A stretch of DNA of 63,708 nucleotides, counting the filler, from Octopus bimaculoides (taxonomy: Eukaryota), in NCBI RefSeq assembly GCF_001194135.2. It is 6 parts of 6 records of this genome, joined end to end, with 100 filler letters (N's around TTAATTAATTAA, not from the genome) between each part and the next. Parts side by side here need not be neighbours in the genome. Positions count along the whole stretch, not along the records: positions 22,072 to 48,930 come from NC_068991.1; positions 49,031 to 61,641 come from NC_069003.1; 4 more parts are not named here. One strand, 5' to 3'. The number at the start of each line of letters is the position of its first letter. Positions within the stretch are counted from its first letter, which is position 1. The notes below the pieces were generated by a model. It was not told where the DNA came from, ran no database searches, and saw only the letters and a program-made list of their open reading frames with translations. The position numbers and the translations under genes were made by a program. Positions 40,144 to 51,689 of this stretch are shown piece after piece.

Positions 40144-40543
40144 ATAAAGTATCTCGTCATCACCATTGTCATCACCATCGAAATTATCTTCATTTCTGTT
40201 TATTGCTGTGCCCGATAGAATTAACAGACAGTCAAATAACGGGGATGATTTCAATGGCTTCACCTACGATATGTTTGACCTTAAGGCTATATATTAGAAA
40301 TCATTAACATTATTAGTAAAAAGGAAAATAAAACTGCAGATTGGTAGGGTGTCGGAAAAATGCCTTGAAACATTTATTTTGTCTCTTAATATTTTGATTT
40401 CAAATCCTGTCGAGGACAACTTTGCCGTTAATCCTTTCAGGATTAATAAAGTTAAGTACCACCAGTCAAGTACCGGCATCGATACAATATTATTATCGGT
40501 TAGCTGCCAACCCTTGAAACTGTTGCATTTGTACCCAGATTAA

Positions 40544-40581
<38 letters not shown>

Positions 40582-40996
40582 TAATTATTATTAATATAAA
40601 AGGCAGAATTGGTAGAGCGTCTTTCTTTGAATTCTGTCAAGGTTTAATCGAGACGCTGACCGATCATTATTTATTCATACCTGGGCATCGATGATTATCT
40701 AATGAACTGGTTTTCTGGAAACTATGAATAATTTGCAAATGTTTTTGATTTATTAATGCTACCAGATGGTATTGCACGTTCCGCATAGATTTGATACGAG
40801 TAAAACGACTGTCCTTCACGCACTCACTTAGTATCCAAGGATCTTAGGCTTTTGAAATTAAGTGGAGTGGCTATTATTCTGTGTAGGACCAATTACGTTG
40901 TCACCTTTGTTCATTGGGAAAATCGTTCTACTTCTTTCACTTGCCAATCAACGGTAGGTCCCTGTGTATCTCTGGCTCTGGCTCTCTGTCTCTGTC

Positions 40997-41053
<57 letters not shown>

Positions 41054-42838
41054 NNNNNNNNNNTCTATCTGTTATATAGCGATGGTGAAAGAGGTAGATT
41101 GTACGGCCCACAGCATTGTATGCAGTTTTATTGTTTTTTTTTTGTAAACTTATGTAAAAACATTTTACAAGAGAGAAAAGAAACATTTTATTCCCTTTGG
41201 CGTTGTTGAATTTAATTATTTTCTTTGTTTTTACGAGACATCTGTGTTTTAATACTATTAGCCTGAAGGAAATATCCTAAATGTTAATTAAGCACAATAA
41301 TTATTTATTTTTTGTTTATCAATTTTTTAAAACTGTTTCCCATCATTTTTTTCGCAGTATAATAATCTTTAATTTTTCTTATCGTATTTATTTGATTTTC
41401 GTTAATATTTCTTATTTATTTATTGATTTCGTTTTCTGTTATGTTTTGTTTTCAACTCATATCGTTCATCTTTATATAGAGCCCTTAGTTAGTTTATATT
41501 TGTTTCAATTATCGCGATAATGTAACCCCAATCTTATATTCCTTGGAGTGGTAAGACATTATTTTTCAGACCGCATAATCAGCTGAAATGTCTAAAAATT
41601 TCGAAAGCCAATTAATTAACTTGAAGCTAAAAAAAAAGGGTGATTACTGGTTGATTTCCTAATTAAGCTGTACATGTTTTCATATTTTAAATGCCTTCAC
41701 GAGAAAAAAATTGTTAAAACTGTAATCCTAAAACAGGAGATTGAAAAAAGGAAAAAAGAAAACATCTTTTCTCATTCGTGGGTGTGAGGTTAAGAAGCTT
41801 GGGGTTGGTTTTTTTTTTATCTTTCTATTTTCGTTTCACGTTCGATCCCATTTCTTGGCACAGCGAATGCCTGGCAACAGAGGTACGGATCGATCAATAT
41901 CTTGTGAGAATGAGGTCGACCGAAATTTTCAGACGTCAAGCATATACATATGCTTTCATATGTCAAAGTCATTGGACTGCAGCCATGCTGAATCATCCTG
42001 AAGTCCATATTTCGACCCGGCTCTTATTATTCAATCCTCCCTTTTGGCAGAAACGAAAAGCCGCAGCTCGGATCAGACACGTTGAGTTGTTCAAGGAAAT
42101 CCATATGGAATACAGCATAGAGTGAAAAATTTTAGTGAAGCGCAACACTTACATTAATAGCAGCGAAAATGCAGATTATGTTAAGCCGAAATAAGAACTG
42201 AGTTTAAAAAACTCTGAGCACCTAAACTGCAGAAATGAGAATTTTGGTCCTTGCTCGCATGAAAGAAGGTATGCCTTATCGTACTTACAGAACCTATCAT
42301 GACTATAACTACTTGGTTTTCCACATTCGACCTTCCCACCGTTATATTCTGATAACCCAGTAAAAGTGCTTAATCAAACATACAAAAAGAAACACATAGA
42401 CACATACAAAATCAAACATGAACGGCCACCTAGCACCCCACCCCCATTTCAACCAAAATATGCTTACGAATATAAATTACCTACATACATTCCAACCAAA
42501 TGTATATACACCTCCCTTAGAGAACTCTTGCCGCATTACACCGTCTCAGAGACACTTTGTGTCCAAAGGACATAACTCTGTATATAACCCATTGCATTGT
42601 TTCGTCTTTTCTTTTTACAATATCCTCAAATCGAAAGTGTTTTCTTACCTCCGGTATCGAAGAGTAGTCACCTTAATTTTTATTTATCTGCTGCGCGCGA
42701 GAGCACTCGGTATTACTTAACGTTGTCCTATGCAACATCCGTGTTTGACACCCAATGCGAAACTAATTGGTGAGAACGGACGTAATGGACATATAACACT
42801 CAACACTTTGTTCAATATATGTGTATGTTTGTATATAG

Positions 42839-42898
<60 letters not shown>

Positions 42899-43241
42899 NN
42901 NNNNNNNNNNNNNNNNNNNNNNNNNNNNNNNNNNNNNNNNNNNNNNNNNNNNNNNNNNNNNNNNNNNNNNNNNNNNNNNNNNNNNNNNNNNNNNNNNNNN
43001 NNNNNNNNNNNNNNNNNNNNNNNNNNNNNNNNNNNNNNNNNNNNNNNNNNNNNNNNNNNNNNNNNNNNNNNNNNNNNNNNNNNNNNNNNNNNNNNNNNNN
43101 NNNNNNNNNNNNNNNNNNNNNNNNNNNNNNNNNNNNNNNNNNNNNNNNNNNNNNNNNNNNNNNNNNNNTCCCCGTCCTCCTCCTCCCCTCCTCCCCCTCA
43201 TCATCATCATCATCATCATCATTTTCGTCATCATCATCATT

Positions 43242-43293
<52 letters not shown>

Positions 43294-43497
43294 CCATTTT
43301 TATCTTCTATCTGTCGTTAGCCACAAATAAAATTTTACTGTTTTTCTTAGTATGTTATTTTGTCGTTGTTTTTATCGATTTTTTTTTTTATCCCAGTTCG
43401 GTTGTCTAATTATTTCTTCGTCGTTAAGGCTTCCATGATTTTGCCCTTTGCTTAAGAAAAAATTAAAATGAATAACACTTGTAAATTTGACTTGCTT

Positions 43498-43528
<31 letters not shown>

Positions 43529-43634
43529 ATTTACGACCCTCTCATTTATCAGAACTTACCTTTTCCTTGATTCAGGGATATGTTTTCTGCTAATTTCCAC
43601 GGTTACTCTTTTACATTCCCTTTAGTTATCTTAC

Positions 43635-43747
43635 TTTCCCTTTCCTTATCTTGCTTAGGTTCTCATCTCTTACTGGAGTCGTAAGAGTTCCGTTCGTAAC
43701 AGAAGATGTTTTGGATGTTTGGCGGATCTGATTGCTGCCGATCCCTG
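43635..43747 (-). CDS. Candidate internal exon of an unidentified minus-strand gene
   Basis: A ~50 nt pyrimidine tract ending TTTCTAG|CAG, donor AAA|GTAAGA, and an open phase 1-to-0 frame xGIGSNQIRQTSKTSSVTNGTLTTPVRDENLSKIRKGK. An alternative strong donor AAG|GTAAGT lies at 43560. No homolog recognised. Confidence 0.35.
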
Positions 43748-43923
43748 CTAGAAACATAGAAGGAGACAGATAGGAAAAAGGAGTGAAAGAGAAGAACCGA
43801 TACCAGTACAAGATTGGTTCTTCATCGAACCCGATAGGGATTAATTGAACTCAGAGCGCAAAGAAACCGAAGTACTGCAAGGCATTGTATCCTATGCTCT
43901 GATGACTTGACATCTTTCAATAG

Positions 43924-44154
43924 CTGAAGAAAGCCAAATATCAGGACTTGATCGGTGGAGTATCTGAGAAAAAATAGCACGCTACGTCATTCCCAATTGA
44001 AGTTGGCTGCGGAGGCTTTCCAGACAAATCAATGTGCTATTTCCTGCTGAAAATTCGTCTAGAACATAGACTATTGAAGGAAGCCAACAAAGAGATAGAC
44101 ATGGCAGCTGAAATCAGCTCAGGTCAGCTGTGGTTAATAGAAGACAGACTGTGA
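43924..44154 (+). mobile_element. C-terminus of a HERO/NeSL-like RLE retrotransposon
   Basis: KKAKYQDL...FPIEVGCGGFP...KEANKEIDMAAEISSGQLW matches the K.AKY..L...PIEVG.RGF...AAE.AS.WLW signature. One in-frame stop. Confidence 0.75.
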
Positions 44155-44306
44155 ATGGAACCCTCTTCCATGCACCACACGGACAAAGTACGCTGGCTAA
44201 GGAACTAGACGCTTCAGACACCTAGACTGATAAACATTTTCCTAGTGACATTTTTGTGGTGGGAAGAACATTCCAAAGTATATTTTACCCATATACATGC
44301 GTGTGT

Positions 44307-44410
<104 letters not shown>

Positions 44411-45095
44411 GTGTATGAAAAACTCTGGTCAAATGAAATAGAAATTTCACGTCATCTCGCCAGTCTGCTGATTCAGAAATCCTTTCCTCGCTATTCTTGA
44501 AATTAGTCTGCAGTTTCTCGTAATTACTCAGAAGCTCAGGGATGAATGTATTGCCTGAGCGGAAGTTAGTGGATGAAGTACTCACGTGAAGAGTATCTTT
44601 CTGGCTTTAGTGATTTAGATTACCATTAACAAATACAATAGCAGGGCTTTCTATTCAAACTACATTGCAAGGTCTCTTAAAACTAGTGTAAAAATTGTGC
44701 GAATGAAAAACTCATACAAAGTGAAACTTAAGACCATCTAAAATGGATCGTTTTATGTTAACATAATATAAACTATTATGCATGAGGTTTTTCTCTGGTC
44801 TGATTGCTTTCATTGGATGGGGAATCTTATTCAGCACTTACATTCTACTCACCACAAGCACACACACACACACAGTATATGTACGTATGCATACATACAT
44901 ACATACATATATGTGTGTGTGTGTATGTATATATATATGAACGTATATATATATATATAAATGTATATATATTTATGTATGTACATATATATGTGTGTGT
45001 ATGTGTGCGTATCTATGTATATGTATATGTATGTATATATATATATATATACACGTATATATATATATGTAGTCATATATATTTATGTATGTATG

Positions 45096-45137
<42 letters not shown>

Positions 45138-45204
45138 CGTATATATACGTATATGCATACATATATTTATATATGTGTGTGTATATATATATATACATAT
45201 ATTC

Positions 45205-45235
<31 letters not shown>

Positions 45236-46739
45236 TGTATAAACATGTCATCAACTGACTAAAATTCTGAATAAATCTCGTCTGGTCTCCAAGAAGGTAA
45301 ACATATCGGAAATAGTAAAGGAATAAATACTTTTTCTTATGTACAACTTGTATTTCCCTTCGATTGAATTTAGTTATATTTATGTACACTTTACATACTT
45401 GTTCTTCCTAAATCAATACTGATTTCTACGTATAATTCCCAGCGGGCTGTTATATTTCTCTCTTCTCTCTAGAGCTGCCTGTGAAAGACGATTGTCATGC
45501 CTGTTCTGTTGAAGCACCAAGAAGTAATGCCATGAGACTTGTGTGATTGATTCTTTTGTCAGACCTTTCATTTTTTATCATTGTTTTCTAGTTTCATGAT
45601 TACTAAAGAATATCCAACTATATAACTAGTAGAGATAACAAAAAATGAAACGGTATTGTACTTAAATATATTGTTATGATGAAAAAGGTGTTATAACTGT
45701 AACAAGCTATCCGACCTTTGATGAAATCTAATAAAATTAAATACATTTTATTCTCCAAGCCATAAAACAGGGGACTCTACTGTGATGCACTAATTGGTGG
45801 AAATAGCAGCCACATTTTCTTTCATTCGCACTAAAACATCTTTAAAAAGGAAGTACGTATACGATACATTGACACCGTGCTGTCAAAAGAGCAGATAATT
45901 ACAGAAGAAATGACTTTCACAAGATGACCATAAAAAACGCCACACGAGAGTGACTTGACGATTATGAAACTAGATGCGTTAATCTTACAAGCGAGAAAAG
46001 GATATTCATTATTTTGAATAGTGTTGAAAATGAGCTGTTCAAATGCAGATAAAGCTAAGAAAGATTGGTCATATATGAGTAAAAATTCTTAAGCGGAAAG
46101 ACAATCACATGGGAATCGACGCCATTTGTCTATCGTATCAGGTGACCGTTTCAAAACTACATGAAAGAGACTGGACGACATTCAATCGTGAAATAAAAAG
46201 CTTTAATCTTACAAGTTAGAAAGGAAATTTGCTTCTTTTGTATCGTATTTTCAAGCTTTTGTTTTTCATATTCCTGATCACCTAAAAATACGATTCACGA
46301 CAATCATAGGGTTAAAATAGTTTTAAAACAAAGGTGGGCGTACACAATGAAACTTTTCTGCAAAGAAAACATGAACAGAGTAACATTTCATGGAACTTCA
46401 GGAGTTTTTTAAAGTCTTGTTTTATTTTTTTCCAGTTCACCTGCTTTCTGTGTTCATTAGATTTTTTAAAAATAACACTTTACTATATAAATAAAAACAA
46501 GCATTGGTAGTAGAAACACTGCCTGAAATGCTCCTTCTCTTTCTCAGCCCCCTACAATCCTCGTAAAATCGGTTGGACGCCTTCATGATATATTTGTGTT
46601 AGGCATCATTTGAATTTGACTGGATCCCTCCATCTCTAGTTCTGAACACAGCTGGCAAAACGAGTGAAGGAGAATGTGCGTATGCTACAGAAAGAAAGGA
46701 GAGAAAAGAAATTGATTACAAAATTATTAATGACAAAGT

Positions 46740-47400
46740 TGTTTTGTCTCAACACTACTGCTAGCTAGCACCTTCGGATGATCTCTATTCAACCGCTACA
46801 CAACTGCTACTCGACTGCTACTCAACACACCTACCACGGCCAGACTACCTCTATTTATGTCTTGGGAGATCCTTCTTCTTCGCCTGGAGGTGTCGACACA
46901 ACAAAAGCTGAGCTCAGCAAAGACTGAACCCAAAATGCACAGAGATGGAACGGATACTACAGAACATTTTATAAAATGATTTAACGATTCTGCCAACGCT
47001 TTGCCACATCGGTTAGCCAAAGAAGGGATGGTCACGGGTGGTAAGCTTGTAACATTCTTTGATTTCATAAGAGTTGTCCTGGTTAAACAACAACAACAAA
47101 ACAATATACGACTTTCTTTCCATAAAATATACGCCAGATCGGAGGAAAACACTGGCATTAATACAGAATTCCCCGCTTTCCTCCCGTTTCCGGTAACACC
47201 GAACACCGGAAGAAGCTAAGATTAAGTAGTTTTGATGGCGACAGCGACGGATCTTCTGCTGCTGCTGCTGCTGCTACAAACGACAGTGCTGCCATTCTAA
47301 TGTTTCTGCTGTTGCTGCTGCTGCTGCTGCTGCTATTTCTGCTCTAAACGGATTGGATAGGTTAACAGGCATCTGCTAAAGAAAAACAAATGTACGTACG
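46740..47400. promoter_or_regulatory. GC/CpG-enriched island, candidate divergent promoter and 5' exons
   Basis: Visibly higher GC and CpG than the flanks. Inverted ETS cores TTTCCGG (47187) and CCGGAAG (47206), YY1-like ATGGCG (47235), (CTG)n runs, plus donors at 47041 and 47392, minus donors at 46848 and 46834, and minus acceptors before 46684 and 47375. Confidence 0.4.
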
Positions 47401-47640
47401 ATTTAGTTAGCATCATTATTGTTCCTATGTCCTATCTGTATAGATCTTATTTTCGTTGATATGTATGTTTGTGTGTTCCTGTTTCCTTTCCAAAGATTAC
47501 ATACATTGGTTCTTCTGTAAGAGGGTTTTTATTTTTATTTTTATTTCATTTCATAAGACGCTCTTTAGAAACTTCAATCGTAAGGAAAGAGCAAATGAAT
47601 AAATATACATAAATATGTGTTCACGTACACACAGTGTGTG

Positions 47641-47687
<47 letters not shown>

Positions 47688-47730
47688 GTGTGGATATATA
47701 TGTGTGTGTATATATATATATATGTATATG

Positions 47731-47807
<77 letters not shown>

Positions 47808-47818
47808 GTATATGTATA

Positions 47819-47858
<40 letters not shown>

Positions 47859-47978
47859 CATATACACACACATGCACACACATATATATACATATACATA
47901 TGTATGTATGTATGTATATATAATATCCTCACCATGAAAAGTAACTTGATTAAATCACAGGTATTTTTTTCTCTGTAG

Positions 47979-48151
47979 ACAGAAAATCAAATCAATCTTA
48001 TCTAGTATTGGTAACCAACCTCTGTCCACATACAGTTTATAACTATTTGTAGTAGAAAAGAACTGGAATGATCCGTCTAATTTGTAGAACACTGCAATTG
48101 GTAGTTTTTCAACAAGAATTAGTGAATTAATAGCAGTATTACACAATGAAG
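47979..48151 (+). other. Candidate plus-strand exon (5' UTR ending in ATG AAG, or two small coding exons)
   Basis: Acceptor tttttttctctgtag|, consensus donor GAAG|GTGAGT, and ACA ATG AAG immediately before the donor. Confidence 0.4.
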
Positions 48152-48574
48152 GTGAGTGAATAACTATTCTTTTAGATTTTTACTTGATTCATTCATATAA
48201 TACGGCCATGCTGAGGCATCTTCTTCAAGAATTCAATCGAAGAAATTGACCCTCGTATATCATTTCAAGACTGATACATATTCTAACTGTTAGTTATGCC
48301 TAACCGCTAGTTGACGAGGAAGTAACGAAACCAATACCGATTGTCATGCGGTGGACGGTGGGGACAAGACACATATACACACACATGCACACACACACAC
48401 AAACACACGACGGGCTGTTATAGTTTCTGTCAAATTTACTTACATGGTGGTTCGGTTCCTCCAGTAGAAGAGTCTTATCCAAGGTGCCGCGATGTGGAAC
48501 AGAACCCGAAACAATATGCCTACAAATCTAATCTCTTCACCACACAGTACTCAGTGTTTAACATAAGCTGAAAT

Positions 48575-48885
48575 TAATCAAATAACCCCCTTTTGGTGTG
48601 TGCAAAGGAGCATAACTCTTCTACACTGAAATTGTTTGTAGTTCATAGCGTGACTAACAGATGTAGAAAAATGTGTCTTCTAAACTCATCTTCTCACAAA
48701 TTTGCCATTATATGTGGCAATACCTTAGGAAAGAGAACCCAGGTTCGAAATTTCCCCAAGACACCTGATGGAGGCTGGAGGGTATATCAGCCGTAACGTT
48801 GTGTTAACAACAAACAAGAAGAGGACAAATATCCGTCAAATGTAGATAATGTACATAATTCCTCATCTCTTCAATATAGAACTGT
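48575..48885 (+). mobile_element. PLE 3' end / pseudo-LTR-like repeat carrying a hammerhead motif
   Basis: Degenerate ORF-end words (GVCK, CLLNS, ICHYMWQYL) are followed by the hammerhead at 48760-48805. Confidence 0.5.
48760..48805 (+). ncRNA. Minimal type I hammerhead ribozyme motif with two core substitutions
   Basis: GACAC-CUGAUGG-A-GGCUG(GAGGGUAUAU)CAGCC-GUAA-CG-UU-GUGUU. Stems I and II pair fully. The core differs from CUGAUGA/GAAA at two positions. Confidence 0.65.
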
Positions 48886-48887
48886 AG

Positions 48888-48930
<43 letters not shown>

Positions 48931-50364
48931 NNNNNNNNNNNNNNNNNNNNNNNNNNNNNNNNNNNNNNNNNNNNTTAATTAATTAANNNNNNNNNNNNNN
49001 NNNNNNNNNNNNNNNNNNNNNNNNNNNNNNCTTGTGCCGTGGAGGGGAACTTGTGCCGTGGAGGGGAACTGTCTAGGTGCAATCCCACGGTCATTCATGA
49101 CCAAGGGGGTAAAGGGTTTTTAGGGTAAACCCTTTACCTTATAGTATCTAATTATAAAAATAAAGTATGACTTTGCTTTAAACATTGAATGGTTATGAGG
49201 GTCCAGTAGAGCGAAAAAGGGACCAAAAGTAAAAAAAAACAAAACAAAATGACTGAGAACCACTGATTTATGCTGTTATTCCCATGCTGACCTGATCCAC
49301 ACAACCCTCGACCCTCGTGCTGCTGCTAAGGAAGCAGGAGATATACCAGCTGACATTAAGGAAGTAAACATTTCAGAATAGGTCTAAATCGAGGACTGAA
49401 AAAACTAGGTTTAAGTCATAAGGAAGTATTTTTAATGGGAGTTTAAAAACCATCATTAATGAAATAATAATAATAATAATAACAATAATAATAATAATAA
49501 TAATAATGATAATAATAAACGAAGAAGCAAAGTGCCTGCCTTCAGGGGTAGGCCATCCTCAAAATAGTTATTTTCACCGACCAGGTCAACAGTATAAAAT
49601 AGAATGAAAATGAAAAAAAGAAATGAAACAAAAAAATAGGGAGTAAAAATATTTAAAAAGAATATCTTCTACAAGAGCAACAATACCTGTCACGCACACA
49701 TACATACACAAACCACAGTCATGTAGAGTAGAAACGCTCACATACATATATACACACATATATACATACAGTACATACGCATAGAGGAATGGCATGGCAG
49801 CTAAGTGGTAGTTTCCTTAGGTGCTATTAAGTCTACACTTGAAGTATATTTGATAAAGTATAGAGTAATGGTGGCAGATAATAATAATAATGATGGTGAT
49901 GGTGGTGGTGGTAGGGATGGTGGTAGATAACAATAATGATGATGATGGTGGTGGTGGTGGTGGGGGTAAATAATGATGATGACGATGATGATGATGATGA
50001 TGGTGATGGTAGTGATTGTGGTAAATAAAGATGATGGTGATGGTGGTGGTGGTGGTGGTGGTGGTGGTGGAAGAAAGAAGCGGTTGTGTTAAAAAAAAAA
50101 TCAGAATCACAAGACAAAACAACAACAACAACACTTAGGTTTTATGGAGAGTATTAATAGAGGGGATGGGGAAATAAGAGGAAGAGGAGGAGGAGGAGGA
50201 GGAACAGGAGAAAGTCTTATTTTCCACTTTTGTATAATGGTATGAAGATATAATGAAGACAGTGGTGGTGGTGGTTATACAGGGTGTTCTTAAAGTCAGG
50301 ACACAGGCAAAATGTATATTTTCAAGAAATACACATAAAATTTCCAACATTTTATTCAGTAGGA

Positions 50365-50775
50365 ATCATCATCATTGTTTAACATCTGCCTTCTATGCTG
50401 GCATGGGTTGGATGGTTTGACAGGAGCTGATGAGACTACTGTGTCTGTTTCGGTATGGTTTTTACACCAGGATGCCCTTCCTGACACCAACCAGCCACCC
50501 AGCAGAGTGGACTGAGTGCTTTTTACCTGGCACAATCACAAAGTGAGGTCAGTTTTGGCATGGTTTTTACTGCTGGATGCCTTTCCAAATGTCAACCACC
50601 CTTACAGTGTGGACTGGATGCTTTTTTTAAGTGGCACCAGCATGGGATGGGTCACCAAGTAACTTGCAAGACAAGGAATTATAAGAGGGGAGGAGGCATT
50701 GGAGGAGGGGATCTTGTGTCAGAAGATGAAAGGTTAGAGTGAAACAGAGAGAGAGAGAGAAAAAGGTGTCTTGGT
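50365..50775 (-). mobile_element. RTE-type 3' end / SINE with GGAAGGGCATCC core, older copy
   Basis: (CAT)n tail, tttaacatc...catgggttggatgg and ggatgcccttcc core. A similar copy lies at about 53020-53260. Confidence 0.7.
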
Positions 50776-50785
50776 ATTAACAAAA

Positions 50786-51357
50786 TCATCATCATCATCA
50801 TCGTTTAACGTCCACTTTCCATGCTAGCATGGGTTGGACGATTTGACTGAGGACTGGTGAAACCAGATGACTACACCAGGCTCCAATCTGATTTGGCAGA
50901 GTTTCTACAGCTGGATGCCCTTCCTAACACCAACCACTCCGAAAGTGTAGTGGGTGCTTTTATGTGCCACCGGCACGAAGGCCAGTTAGGCGGTACTGGC
51001 AACGGCCATGCTCAAAATGGTGTATTTTACGTGCCACCTGCACAGGAGCCAGTCCAGCGGCACTGGCAACGATCTCGCTCGAATCACTTTTCACGTGCCA
51101 CCAGCACAAGTGCCAGGAAGGCGACGCTGGTAACGATCACGCTCGAATGGTGGTGCCATCACAATTTCGCTTTCGCTTGCCCCAACAGGTCTTCACAAGC
51201 AGAGTTTAGTGTCCAATGGAGGAAAGGTATGCATAAGTGGGCTGGCTACATCCCTGGCAGAGGCCTTGGATTTTGGTCTCACTTGGTTTGCCGGGTCTTC
51301 TCACGCACAGCATATTTCCAAAGGTCTCGGTCAGAAGTCATTGCCTCGGTGAGGCCT
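50786..51357 (-). mobile_element. 5'-truncated RTE LINE: ORF C-terminus, long 3' UTR and (GAT)n tail
   Basis: Minus strand starts LGLTEAMTSDRDLWKYAVREKTRQTK*, then a UTR with ggcacgtaaaa repeats and ttaggaagggcatccagctgtagaaac, ending ggacgttaaacgatgatgatg. Confidence 0.8.
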
Positions 51358-51600
51358 AATAACATCTTCAATAATGGTTTCTACCATTTGTGATGCAGAG
51401 GTCATTGCACTTAGCAAGATTTATGAGAACTCAATGCAATAATTGCACACTGGCCTCAATTTGAGCACATTCACTCTTTATGCATTCCATCAAGTGTGTT
51501 GCATCTGTGATTTCCATTGAGTACACCTTCTCCTTGTACACTTTCTCCTTTAGCAGACCCCAGAAAAAGAAGTCAAAGGGGCTGAGGTCTGGTGGGATTT
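51352..51600 (-). mobile_element. Tc1/mariner (DD37D-like) transposase C-terminus
   Basis: PPDLSPFDFFFWGLLKEKVY(KEKVY)SMEITDATHLMECIKSEC...LINLAKCNDLCITNGRNH / EDVI. Confidence 0.8.
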
Positions 51601-51689
51601 CTAGCAAGTTAAGCGACTACATAGAGGCTCCCTTGTAACAGTTGGTGAGGGAGGTAAAAATAAATGTAAAATGCAATAGTATTAGTAGT

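Noticed and set aside
46955-47375. Stop-codon readthrough (UAG CAG CAG...) extending MPVNLSNPF...CRL by ~80 codons
   Set aside because: Open frames are common in this GC-rich, CAG-repeat island and the extension has no recognisable features.
49031-49070. 19 bp direct repeat cttgtgccgtggaggggaa
   Set aside because: It is at the very edge of a contig, so probably a gap-filling artefact.
50857-51393. 178 aa plus-strand ORF
   Set aside because: It is the antisense reading of an RTE 3' UTR, and similar peptides recur at other copies (54197-54866).
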